Source: Candidatus Multivoradales bacterium | GTDB lineage: Bacteria > Acidobacteriota > Thermoanaerobaculia > Multivoradales > J023 | DNA: 64,000 bases | NCBI GenBank assembly: GCA_965248925.1 | Contig: CBDFLE010000006.1 | Coordinates: forward strand, 2,464,001 to 2,528,000 | Direction: 5' to 3' | Shown here: piece after piece, positions 39,841 to 48,422 of the stretch | How positions within the stretch are numbered: the first letter of the stretch is position 1 | Layout: each line of letters starts with the position of its first letter | Made by a program: the position numbers and the translations under genes | The notes under the pieces: generated by a model | Database searches by the model: none | What the model was told of the DNA's origin: nothing | The model's input: the letters and a program-made list of their open reading frames with translations, nothing else

Positions 39841-40228
39841 AGAAGTCAATTAGGATCGTGGAACGGCAGCCCACAACCCAATCGGCGATCGAGCCGCCTA
39901 CCTGCCCGCACTGCGGCGCGGGTTGGGTGCGTTAGGGCAAAGATCGGGACGGGCACCAGCGCTACAAGTGCATTTGAATCTCCGGATGCGCATGCGCCGC
40001 TTGACTCGGTTGACTGCCTGCACCGACGGAAACCGACCACCGATTCCGATTGAAAGTGACCAGTGATTCCAACGGAATCTGACCATCGATTCCGATCGAA
40101 AGTGACCACTTTTCCGGGTCGATCGGAATGGGTGGTCAGATTGGATCGGAATCCTGGCCACGGCGGAGTTCGACGGTAGCGCGCTCCTCACAATTGGGGT
40201 ATTCCAGCCTCCTTGAAAGGAGGATTGG

Positions 40229-41803
40229 ATGCCGAGAGTGAGGACATCGATGCGCAAGATACGCGAGGTACTGAGACTGAAATGGCAGCATGGCCTGTCG
40301 CACCGCCAGATCGGACGGTCGGTTCGGCTGGGCCACGGGACGGTGTGCAGCTACCTGCTGCGAGCCAAGGTTGAAGGCCTGAGCTGGGAGCAAGTAGCAG
40401 CTTTGAGCGACGCTGAGCTGGAGCAACGCCTGTACCCTCGGCCGCAGCCGCTTCGGAGGGGTGGTCAGCGAGCCTTGCCCGACTGGACCAAGGTGCATGG
40501 CGAGCTGAAGAAGAAGTGCGTAACCCTGTCGCTGCTGTGGCAGGAGTACCGGGAGGACCATCCTGACGGCTACGGTCTCAGCCGCTTCTGTCAGCTGTAC
40601 CGGATCTGGGAAGGGCGCCTGGATGTGTGCCTGCGCCAAGCCTACCGGGCGGGCGAGAAGCTGTTCGTCGACTATGCCGGACAGACCGTGAGGGTGATCG
40701 ACCCGGCGACTGGCAAAGAGCGCGAAGCGCAGATCTTCGTGGCGGTGCTGGGGGCGAGCAACTACACCTATGCCGAAGCAACGTGGAGCCAGGGCCTGGA
40801 GGACTGGATCGGCTCTCATGTGCGGACCTTCGCGGCTCTGGGCGGGGTGAGCGAGCTGGTGGTGCCGGACAATCTGAAGAGCGGCGTGACCAGCCCGTGC
40901 CGCTACGAGCCGGAGATCAATCGCACCTACGCGGAGTTGGCCGAGCACTACGGCGTGGCGGTGGTGCCGGCGCGGGTGAGGAAGCCCCAAGACAAGGCGA
41001 AGGTCGAAAACGGTGTATTGCAAGTGGAGCGCTGGATTCTGGCCCGGCTGCGTAACCAGCAGTTCTTCAGCCTGCGAGAGCTCAACGAGAGCATCGCGAA
41101 GCTTCTGGTCGAGCTTAACGACCGTCCGCTGAAGGTGTTGGGCGTCTCGCGCCGAGCGCTGTTCGAGCAGGTCGATCGTCCTGCTCTGGGTGCTTTGCCG
41201 CTCCAGCCCTACGAGCTTGCCGAATGGAAGAAGGTACGCGTTGCCCCGGACTACCACGTCGAGTTCGAGGGCCACTATTACAGTGTGCCGTACCAGCTGA
41301 TCAAGAAGCAGCTCGATCTGCGGGCGACGGCGCAACTGGTGGAGGTGCTCGATCGCGGCAAGCGTGTGGCTGCTCATCGTCGCAATCGGTGTCGGGGTCG
41401 GCACACGACCCAGAGCGAGCACATGCCCAAAGCGCACCAGGCGTACCTGGAGTGGACACCGACACGGCTGATCAGCTGGGCGGCGAAAACAGGCCAGGCG
41501 ACGGCCGAACTGGTGGAGACCATCATGCTTAACCGCTCCCATCCTCAGCACGGCTTTCGCTCGTGTCTGGGGCTGATGCGCCTGGGCAAGACCTATGGTG
41601 CCAATCGTTTGGAGGCTGCGTGCCGCCGCGCGCTCGCCATTCACGGCCTGTCCTACAAGAGCGTGAAGTCGATCCTGAAGAGCGGCCTGGACCAGCAAGC
41701 AGCGCCCGAGCCCACCGAAGTGACGGCGCCGATCGAGCACCGCAACGTCCGCGGCGCCAGCTACTACAGTGCCGCGCGCCGCGAGGAGACGCCGCCATGC
41801 TGA
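40229..41803 (+). CDS. istA: IS21 transposase IstA
   Basis: AGEKLFVDYAG, VPDNLKSGV, PQDKAKVENGV. Confidence 0.95.
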   Translation: MPRVRTSMRKIREVLRLKWQHGLSHRQIGRSVRLGHGTVCSYLLRAKVEGLSWEQVAALSDAELEQRLYPRPQPLRRGGQRALPDWTKVHGELKKKCVTLSLLWQEYREDHPDGYGLSRFCQLYRIWEGRLDVCLRQAYRAGEKLFVDYAGQTVRVIDPATGKEREAQIFVAVLGASNYTYAEATWSQGLEDWIGSHVRTFAALGGVSELVVPDNLKSGVTSPCRYEPEINRTYAELAEHYGVAVVPARVRKPQDKAKVENGVLQVERWILARLRNQQFFSLRELNESIAKLLVELNDRPLKVLGVSRRALFEQVDRPALGALPLQPYELAEWKKVRVAPDYHVEFEGHYYSVPYQLIKKQLDLRATAQLVEVLDRGKRVAAHRRNRCRGRHTTQSEHMPKAHQAYLEWTPTRLISWAAKTGQATAELVETIMLNRSHPQHGFRSCLGLMRLGKTYGANRLEAACRRALAIHGLSYKSVKSILKSGLDQQAAPEPTEVTAPIEHRNVRGASYYSAARREETPPC

Positions 41804-42561
41804 GGCACGCGACGCTCGATCAACTCGCCGCGCTCAAGCTCCACGGTATGGCCAAAGCCTTTGAGGAGCAGCTGTCGATGGTCGATGTCTCAGAGCTCTC
41901 CTTCGAAGAGCGCCTCGGGCTGCTGGTCGAGCGCGAAGCGACCGAGCGATCCAGCCGCCGCTTGATAGCGCGGTTGCGAAAAGCCAAGCTGCGCGAGCAG
42001 GCGGCCATCGAAGACATCGACTGGCGAGCCAAGAGGGGCCTGGACAAAGGCCAGATCCTGCGCCTGGCCTCGTGCCAGTGGATCGCCGAGCATCTCAACG
42101 TGCTGATCACCGGCAAGGCCGGGGTGGGCAAGACCTTTCTCGCCTGCGCCTTCGCGCACAAGGCATGTCGGGAGGGTTACACCGCTTTGTACCTGCGGGT
42201 GCCGAGGCTGTTTCGCCAGCTCGCCATCGCGCGGGGTGATGGTAGCTACGAGAAGCTGCTCAAGAGCTATGCTCGCACAGACCTGCTCATCCTCGACGAC
42301 TGGGGGCTGGCGCCGATCGGGGCCAGCGAGCGGCGCGACCTGCTCGAGATTCTTGAGGACCGCTACGGCAACCGCTCCACGCTGGTGACCTCCCAGCTAC
42401 CGGTTGAGAGCTGGTACGAGGTCATCGGCGATCCGACCTTGGCCGACGCCATCCTCGATCGCATTGTCCACGGCGCCTACAAGCTCGCGGTGGACGGTGA
42501 CTCCATGCGGGCGAAGAGAGCCGGCGGTATTCGCAAGGCCGCCCAGCGAGAGGCAAGGTGA
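41797..42561 (+). CDS. istB: IS21 AAA+ helper ATPase IstB
   Basis: GKAGVGKT, LLILDDWG, TSQLP..W, ADAILDRIVH. Confidence 0.95.
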   Translation: MLRHATLDQLAALKLHGMAKAFEEQLSMVDVSELSFEERLGLLVEREATERSSRRLIARLRKAKLREQAAIEDIDWRAKRGLDKGQILRLASCQWIAEHLNVLITGKAGVGKTFLACAFAHKACREGYTALYLRVPRLFRQLAIARGDGSYEKLLKSYARTDLLILDDWGLAPIGASERRDLLEILEDRYGNRSTLVTSQLPVESWYEVIGDPTLADAILDRIVHGAYKLAVDGDSMRAKRAGGIRKAAQREAR

Positions 42562-43094
42562 GATCCAAGAGCATGCTGAAGCGATCGCCGATCCGGACCC
42601 ATCAGCGGGCCTGCGGCCCGATCCGGACCCGACCCAAGATGGACTGTGGAAGCTGCCGCGGTTGTGGAAATCGCTCTGCGATTCCCACAACCGCTTGGAA
42701 AACGCCCCCCGGCCACCCACCCGCGTTTCCCACAGCTACGCACAGCCCCGACGACGGGTTATTTGAATACAATCAACCAAGAAGAAGAGCCGGAAGGAGG
42801 GCTCCAGCTACAGCGAAAGTGGACACTTACAACTGAGGAGAGCGCGAGCGTCGCTTCGCTCCGACAAGTGGTCGGTTTCGATCGGAATGGCTGGTCAGTT
42901 TCGTCGGAATAGGCAGTTGACGAACGGATTCAGCAAGAAATGGGCGAACCTCCGGGCAGCTGTGGCGCTGGAGATGGCGCACCACAACCTGTGCCGGATT
43001 CACGGTGCGATCCACTGCACCCCCGCGATGGCTGCCGGGATCTGCAAAGGCATCTGGTCGGTGGGCGATCTGGTGACGGCGTGAAGCCGCGAAG

Positions 43095-43463
43095 CTAAAC
43101 GGAGCTGCTCGGGAAAATGTACTTTGCTACCACCACGAATAGAGCAATGATGTTCACCGTTGTAGTGGCGAGCGCGGCTATTAGTACGGGGTCTGAAAGG
43201 TAGAACCCGAGGCAGTTGCCGAAGCCCTGAAAAAACAGCAGCACGACCATCGCAAGGAGCCAAAAACATAGGAGGCCATATAGCAGTGCTGCATATAGCT
43301 TCCGGTGGCCGATGTTCTGGGTGAGTTCGTCAACCAGCGCTTGTCGGTGATCGCGATCTAGATCGTCCTCCCACTCGCGGGTCTTCGCATCTGGCTGCGC
43401 CGCGGGCTCGGTTCGGTCTTCCTGCCCAATGTCCTTAATTGAGGGGCGACGATCCTCAGTCAT
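43095..43463 (-). CDS. Two-TM membrane protein, putative PanT toxin
   Basis: Overlaps the Panacea gene 3' end; two hydrophobic helices. Confidence 0.6.
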   Translation of the reverse strand: MTEDRRPSIKDIGQEDRTEPAAQPDAKTREWEDDLDRDHRQALVDELTQNIGHRKLYAALLYGLLCFWLLAMVVLLFFQGFGNCLGFYLSDPVLIAALATTTVNIIALFVVVAKYIFPSSSV

Positions 43464-43944
43464 GGCGTACTAGCTCGCGGAAGTGTCTCGCTATCAACTG
43501 ATTGTTGATCCGCTTGTTGTTGCGGCCCCGCCCTTCTTTCCAGGTCTGATCCCACGGAGTCCCGTCCTGGTGTGTCAGGTTGGAGAGCTGAACGCCTGTG
43601 TACTTGCTGTAAGCCTCCAAGACCTTGTCGAGCAACTCTTGGACTTGATTGTCGTCGTAGGCAACACTTGGGACAGAGATCTCGCCAAATCGACGAACGA
43701 TCGCCTCATTCTCGACAACAGGAGCATTGCCGTGCCTCTTGAACGCTTGGTAAAGACTCGGGATAACTGGCCCGTACTTCCACGCCTGGACGGGCTCGTC
43801 AATTAGGGCGATATCGAAGATTGCCAGGTGCCAGCCATGCGCTATGTAGACGAGCTTCTGGATCTTGAGATGATCCAAGACCTTCCCGGACATATTGGCC
43901 TTGTCGATGAAGTAGTTGGCTACAGCGAGTGCTGGATACTGCAT
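43456..43944 (-). CDS. Panacea (DUF4065/SocA/GepA) antitoxin
   Basis: VANYFI, LKIQKLVYIAHGW, AWKYGPV, LSNLTHQDGTPW. Confidence 0.92.
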   Translation of the reverse strand: MQYPALAVANYFIDKANMSGKVLDHLKIQKLVYIAHGWHLAIFDIALIDEPVQAWKYGPVIPSLYQAFKRHGNAPVVENEAIVRRFGEISVPSVAYDDNQVQELLDKVLEAYSKYTGVQLSNLTHQDGTPWDQTWKEGRGRNNKRINNQLIARHFRELVRHD

Positions 43945-44148
43945 GCTTACGCCTCCTTTACGCCATCCTATAACGGCGATTCGCTGATGGCAATGGGGAA
44001 AGATCGCGCCATTACGTGAGGTACCCTAGCAGCCTTGTCAAGTGCGGGCCGTGGGATGAGCGGGCCGATCGGACAGCGAACCGGCGCGGCGGGCCGAGGT
44101 ACGGGGAGCCCGGCGTTCGGCGGCCAGACCTAGCCGCACCTGAGAATT

Positions 44149-44529
44149 CTACCAGCTACCGCGCCGGGACAGCGAAACCCAGCGTCCAGCCGATCCCGCG
44201 ATCACATGATCCACAAGCTCGATGCCGATCAGCTCGGCGGCTCGCGCCATTCGGCGGGTGAAGATCAAGTCTTCCTTGCTCGGCGACGGGTCGCCGCTGG
44301 GGTGGGTGTGGAACAGCAGCAGCGCCGTAGCCTGGTGGTGTAGCGCCTCAGCGAAGACCGGCCGCGGGTCGGCTGCTGCTCGGATCGCCGTCCCGCGGAA
44401 GATCTCGCGTTCAGCGATCAGCCAATGCCGGCAGTCGAGGAACAGCACGCCCACCACTTCCTGGCCGAGCCCACCGTAGTGCAGCAGCGCGTATTCGGCC
44501 ACAGTGCCCGGAACATCGAGCAGCCTACC
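44149..44529 (-). pseudogene. radC: radC (JAB) of the outer element, 3' half
   Basis: QEVVGVLFLD..HTHPSGDPSPSKED..LVDHVI; starts exactly at the inner element's TSD. Confidence 0.9.
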
Positions 44530-44698
44530 GGTGGTGTCCTAACAGTGTGTTGGTCCGATAGGGGCGGGTGAAAGGCAGGCTGGCGGGTGGTACGTTCGCC
44601 GCGAAGCCGAGGCGGTGAACGTCTCCACCTTACCACCCAGCGGCTCTGACGGCGGCGGTAACCGACGCCAGAGCCTAGCCACGCAGAGGACATAGCCA

Positions 44699-44989
44699 AT
44701 GCGAGACCGCCGTAAGTGTACCGTCTACGACGTGCAGAGAGAGCTTGCTGCTCTCGTTCCAAACCTACAGACCGTTGACCTCCGACTAGCCCGGATCGCC
44801 CGCGCGGTTCAGCCATCGCCACATCTCCTACCCGTAGAGCTTCGCGGCCGGGTCGAAGCCGTGCGCTCCGATTTGATCGGCGACGCCATCGCGACGCTGG
44901 CCGAGCTTTCCCAGCTCACTGAAGACGACGCGGCGCGCCACCGGGTGCAGCTCCTCGACCTGGCTTTGAGGCTGGCCGATGCAAAGTAA
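44699..44989 (+). CDS. Conserved 96-aa helical hypothetical protein upstream of radC (orf96)
   Basis: Close paralog at 49904-50197; AGAGG RBS; overlaps the radC start. Confidence 0.8.
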   Translation: MRDRRKCTVYDVQRELAALVPNLQTVDLRLARIARAVQPSPHLLPVELRGRVEAVRSDLIGDAIATLAELSQLTEDDAARHRVQLLDLALRLADAK

Positions 44990-45626
44990 CCTACGGCCGC
45001 GCGACCGGCTGCTACGCCACGGCGCAGCCGGCCTGACGGATGCTGAGCTGCTGGCGGTGCTATTGAGGTACCGTTCGGCAGAGAAGGCGGCAGAGCGTCT
45101 CCTGTCGGCTGCTGGTGGTCTGAGAGGGCTACTGCGCGCCGCGCGGCCAGTCTTGTGCCGCAACGGTGCCACTGAGGGCAGAGCAGCTGTGGTACTGGCC
45201 GCTGGCGAGCTTATGCGGCGGCTGGCAGAGCATCAGCTCGACCGCCGCAGGCTGCTCGATCAGCCGATAGCCCTGGCCGAGTATGTAGCAATGAAGTACA
45301 GCGAGCTTGGCCAAGAGGTTCTTGGCGCGATCTACCTCGATTGCCGTCACCGGCTGATTGCCGAGCGAGAGATCTTCCGCGGCACAGCTACCCGAGCAGC
45401 GGCTGAGCCTGGGCCGATCTTGCGAGAAGCGCTCCAGCACCACGCCGCGAAGCTGATCATTTTTCACACCCACCCCAGCGGCGACCCATCGCCGAGCAAC
45501 GAGGATCTGCTCTTCACCGAGAGGATGGCGAAGGCCAGCGAATTGATTGGCGTCAAGCTGGTGGACCACTTGATTGTTGGAGCGCTCGGCCGCTGGGTGT
45601 CCCTGTCCCGGCGTGGTAGCTGGTAG
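44979..45626 (+). CDS. radC: RadC-family JAB/MPN-domain protein
   Basis: RPRDRLL..GLTDAELLAVLL N-terminus; QE..HTHPSGDPSPSNED JAMM motif; LVDHLIVG. Confidence 0.92.
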   Translation: MQSNLRPRDRLLRHGAAGLTDAELLAVLLRYRSAEKAAERLLSAAGGLRGLLRAARPVLCRNGATEGRAAVVLAAGELMRRLAEHQLDRRRLLDQPIALAEYVAMKYSELGQEVLGAIYLDCRHRLIAEREIFRGTATRAAAEPGPILREALQHHAAKLIIFHTHPSGDPSPSNEDLLFTERMAKASELIGVKLVDHLIVGALGRWVSLSRRGSW

Positions 45627-45722
45627 GATTCTCGGGCGCGGCTAGGTCTGGCCGCCGAACGCCGGGCACCCCGTTGCTCGGCCCGCCGCGCCATCATCCC
45701 TCCTCTCAGATCGTCTAGATTC

Positions 45723-46787
45723 TCAATTCTTCGGTTTCGCTGTTGGCATCATCATCGTATCTCCATATCTTGGCAATGCGCGGTTGATCCGGTTTTCGAA
45801 ATCTTCCCAATCATTGTCTTCACACGTCTTCATGATGACGATCAAGTTCGTGAGCTGATCTCGCAACTCTTGAATTCCGAAATCTGGTGAAAGGCTCTGA
45901 AACAGCTTGCGCGACCTGCGCCCTTTTGGATTCTTAGGGGTCAACTTCTTTAGCGCCTTCAAAACGCCGGGTGCCAGACGCGAGTAAACAATGTTGTTGG
46001 TAACGTGGCCAATCCACTGAGGCCGCTTCCCGCCAATGCTTGGGTACGACAGGCCCTTGAGTCGAAACACCTGTTTATAGAATTCGTCTGGGAATCGCTT
46101 TGTCCACTTCGAGTACTCGTCCGTTAGGTACTTGTCGAGGATAGCCTGAAGAGCTAGCCGATCTCGAACGTCCTGGTATCCGGTCGCTTCATCAACGAGG
46201 GCGTCGATACCAGTCTTGGCGAGTGATCTGATTAGTGCCTCTGCCTTCTGCGCCTTGCCGAGTTGCTGTTCTTGAAGCTCTCCGGCTGCGCGAGCTTCAA
46301 GCCACACTTCGCACACGTCAACCAAGATGGAGGCTTCGTACCCCTTGACTATCTTCTTTCCATGAACGTATTCAATAGGATTCAGGGGCCCGGCCATTAA
46401 ATGGCTGGGAATAAAAGACTTAAGCCTAGCAGGAGCCAGAAACAACGGGACAAGGGCCCGGCCATCCGATGCCGCTTTGAGCCGCTTCGAAGCGCCGCTA
46501 CGACCACCCAGAATGGCTCTTGTAATCCCGTGTTCAGACAGCACACGGCGGACCGTATTTTCGTTTCCGCTCTCGCCTTCGATAACAGCGCATGGCAATA
46601 TTGTTCCACCGAGGTCAATCGATGCCGCGTAGTTCGAGAGAACGCGCGGCAAACTATCTGGAGGGTCCTCTTGGTCCCATCTTGCGCGTGCAGCATTCGA
46701 AGCCTGCGCAGATCTTTCTTCTGGTGACATCTTCTCCGCCCTCGCGTATCCACCGATAGCCCTTCCCGTTGGTCCTTCAGTTGGCAT
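45723..46787 (-). CDS. P63C-domain protein (phage Mx8 p63-like)
   Basis: GGYARA..ASNAARARW, GIDALVDEATGYQ..R, WTKRFPDEFY, TNNIVYSRLAPGVL; GGAG RBS before ATG 46787. Confidence 0.85.
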   Translation of the reverse strand: MPTEGPTGRAIGGYARAEKMSPEERSAQASNAARARWDQEDPPDSLPRVLSNYAASIDLGGTILPCAVIEGESGNENTVRRVLSEHGITRAILGGRSGASKRLKAASDGRALVPLFLAPARLKSFIPSHLMAGPLNPIEYVHGKKIVKGYEASILVDVCEVWLEARAAGELQEQQLGKAQKAEALIRSLAKTGIDALVDEATGYQDVRDRLALQAILDKYLTDEYSKWTKRFPDEFYKQVFRLKGLSYPSIGGKRPQWIGHVTNNIVYSRLAPGVLKALKKLTPKNPKGRRSRKLFQSLSPDFGIQELRDQLTNLIVIMKTCEDNDWEDFENRINRALPRYGDTMMMPTAKPKN

Positions 46788-46886
46788 TTGCAAGCACTCC
46801 ATTGGAAATTATACGTGCATCTTACGATAGTTTCCCAAAAATGCAAGCATTTCTACAAACTATCCCGCCTGATGCCTGCATTATTC

Positions 46887-47876
46887 TTATGCCGCCACCA
46901 GATCACCGACCGACCAGATCCCTTTGCAGAGGTTAGCCGCCATCGCTGGCGTGCAGCGGATCGCGCCGTGGATGCGGCAGAAGTTGTGGTGCGCCATCTC
47001 AAGCGCTACGGCTGCCCGCAGGTTCGCCCACTTCTTGGAGAACCCGTTGGTCAACCGCGTCAGACGGCGCATCCTCATGCGGAGGTTGAGATTCTGTCGC
47101 TCGATGTGCGACGTGCAGATCTGCTTGCGATCAGGCTTGCCGTGGATGGCCCGCTTCTCGGAGGCTATTATCGTCGCCGGTGAGTACCGGCGCTGGTCCT
47201 CTGAAGAGCCTTTGCCGTAGTGCTTGACTACCTGGCCATACTGAACGCGGGTGCCGAGCTGGTGAACGATGGGATCAGCATAGCTGTCGAGCCCGTCCGT
47301 GCTGAGCTGGAATTCGCCCTTCGTCGCGCGGTCGAGCTTGCCGATGAAGAACGAGGTATCGAGCGCCGTGCGGTGGCCCAGGTGATGAGCCAAGATCAGC
47401 TTGCTCTCGCGCTCGATCGCCACGTAGGTCCAGGCATCGCCGATCTCTGGATCGCTGAGACTCTTGAATCTCTTCGTCTTGGCCTTCATCCCGACGAATC
47501 CCCAGATTTCGTCAGCCTGCACGTCCTTGACCTCGACATCTCGCACGATCCGCGCGAGCAGGCTTTCGCACTTGCCACCGACTACGCGGAGCAGGCGGCA
47601 GATCGTGTCCCGATGGACGCCAGTCACGCGCTCAGCAGCGCGAATGCTCATGCCTTCGACCAGCAGCGAGACAACCGTGGTGGCCTTCTCCACCGGTAGC
47701 CGCATCGTGCCCAGCGGACGACGCGGGCGAACGGCGAAGGTCTTGCGGCAGCTCGCGCCTTTGCACTTGTAGCGCTGGTGCCCGTCGCGGTCTTTGCCCC
47801 AACGCACGAAGCCTGCCCCGCAATGGGGACAAGTCGTCGGCTCGATCGCCGGTTGGGGTTGGGGCCGCGTCGTCAT
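46887..47876 (-). CDS. IS1-family DDE transposase (zinc ribbon-HTH-DDE), intact
   Basis: CPHC..RYKC..C zinc ribbon, EGMSIRAAERVTGV HTH, ADEIWGFV, STDG, TSHIERQNL. Confidence 0.92.
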   Translation of the reverse strand: MTTRPQPQPAIEPTTCPHCGAGFVRWGKDRDGHQRYKCKGASCRKTFAVRPRRPLGTMRLPVEKATTVVSLLVEGMSIRAAERVTGVHRDTICRLLRVVGGKCESLLARIVRDVEVKDVQADEIWGFVGMKAKTKRFKSLSDPEIGDAWTYVAIERESKLILAHHLGHRTALDTSFFIGKLDRATKGEFQLSTDGLDSYADPIVHQLGTRVQYGQVVKHYGKGSSEDQRRYSPATIIASEKRAIHGKPDRKQICTSHIERQNLNLRMRMRRLTRLTNGFSKKWANLRAAVALEMAHHNFCRIHGAIRCTPAMAANLCKGIWSVGDLVAA

Positions 47877-47950
47877 GTGATGAGTATATCCAATGGATAT
47901 CCATAGTGTCAAGGGTTGACTTGGATATTTTTTGGATATATTCTGGATAC
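47877..47950. promoter_or_regulatory. Back-to-back sigma70 promoters for tnp and rhh with GGATA/TATCC boxes
   Basis: Minus strand TTGACA-18-TATACT-6-ATG; plus strand TTGACT-17-TATTCT-6-ATG; repeated GGATA(T/C) boxes in the spacers. Confidence 0.75.
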
Positions 47951-48136
47951 ATGGCTGACACCGAACAACCTGACCGGCAGCACTCGAAATCGAGGCTGCT
48001 TCGCTTCAAGCCGGAACACGACGCGCTGATATGCGAAGCTGCTGAAAACTCAGGGCTTAGCGTTACGAGCTGGATTCGTGAGCGGCTGATTCGCTTTGCA
48101 CGACAAGAGATAGAGGAGGCGGGCCGTCGCGCGTAA
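47951..48136 (+). CDS. Ribbon-helix-helix regulator of the inner element (61 aa)
   Basis: SKSRLLRFKPEHDALICEAAENSGLSVTSWIRERL. Confidence 0.8.
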   Translation: MADTEQPDRQHSKSRLLRFKPEHDALICEAAENSGLSVTSWIRERLIRFARQEIEEAGRRA

Positions 48137-48217
48137 CGGCGGCCCGCCTGGGCTATATCTGGGACCGTGGTAGCAGTTGCCACAGGATGAGTAGAGACTG
48201 CCGGCGATCCCAGAACG

Positions 48218-48241
48218 TGCCCATTGACATGGGCATTTTTC
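48218..48241 (+). terminator. Intrinsic terminator after rhh
   Basis: TGCCCAT-TGAC-ATGGGCA-TTTTT. Confidence 0.65.
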
Positions 48242-48288
48242 TAACTTTCGCGCTTGACTACGGAAGGCTTTCGCCGTAACGTCAAACG

Positions 48289-48416
48289 CAGCAACCCCTT
48301 ACGGCTCGCTTTTGAGCAGCCCTCCGGGTGACTAGCTTGAGAGTCCTGCAAGACAAAGCTCAAGCCAGTATTGTTTGCTAGATCAGGGCCGGCCACGCGC
48401 CGGCCCTTTCGTTTTT
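48289..48416 (+). ncRNA. Candidate ~130-nt small RNA
   Basis: TTGACT(48254)-17-TAACGT promoter, internal stems, terminator AGGGCCGGC/GCCGGCCCT-TTCGTTTTT; no RBS-led ORF. Confidence 0.5.
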
Positions 48417-48422
48417 GCTGTC

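Larger units (their letters stand above)
40015..42915 (+). mobile_element. IS21-family insertion sequence (2901 bp)
   Basis: Ends TGCCT..AGGCA, repeated TTCCGATCGAAAGTGACCA-type boxes at both ends, 6-bp TSD GTTGAC at 40009-40014 and 42916-42921. Confidence 0.95.
39819..43084 (+). pseudogene. IS1-family transposase remnant: TAG stop, catalytic core deleted, split by IS21
   Basis: CPHCGAGWVR*GKDRDGHQRYKC joined directly to LNLRMRMRRLTRL, resuming after IS21 as LTNGFSKKWANLRAAVALEMAHHN..; matches the intact copy at 46887-47876. Confidence 0.9.

Noticed and set aside
40030-40150. CRISPR-like short repeats
   Set aside because: They are the transposase-binding repeats typical of IS21 ends and have no unique spacers; no CRISPR array or cas genes are seen in the window.
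40136-41740. 534-aa antisense ORF over istA, and similar long shadow ORFs (15892-17199, 21458-22501, 30088-31146, 58532-59944, 61920-62963)
   Set aside because: Antisense frames of GC-rich genes with no recognisable motifs.
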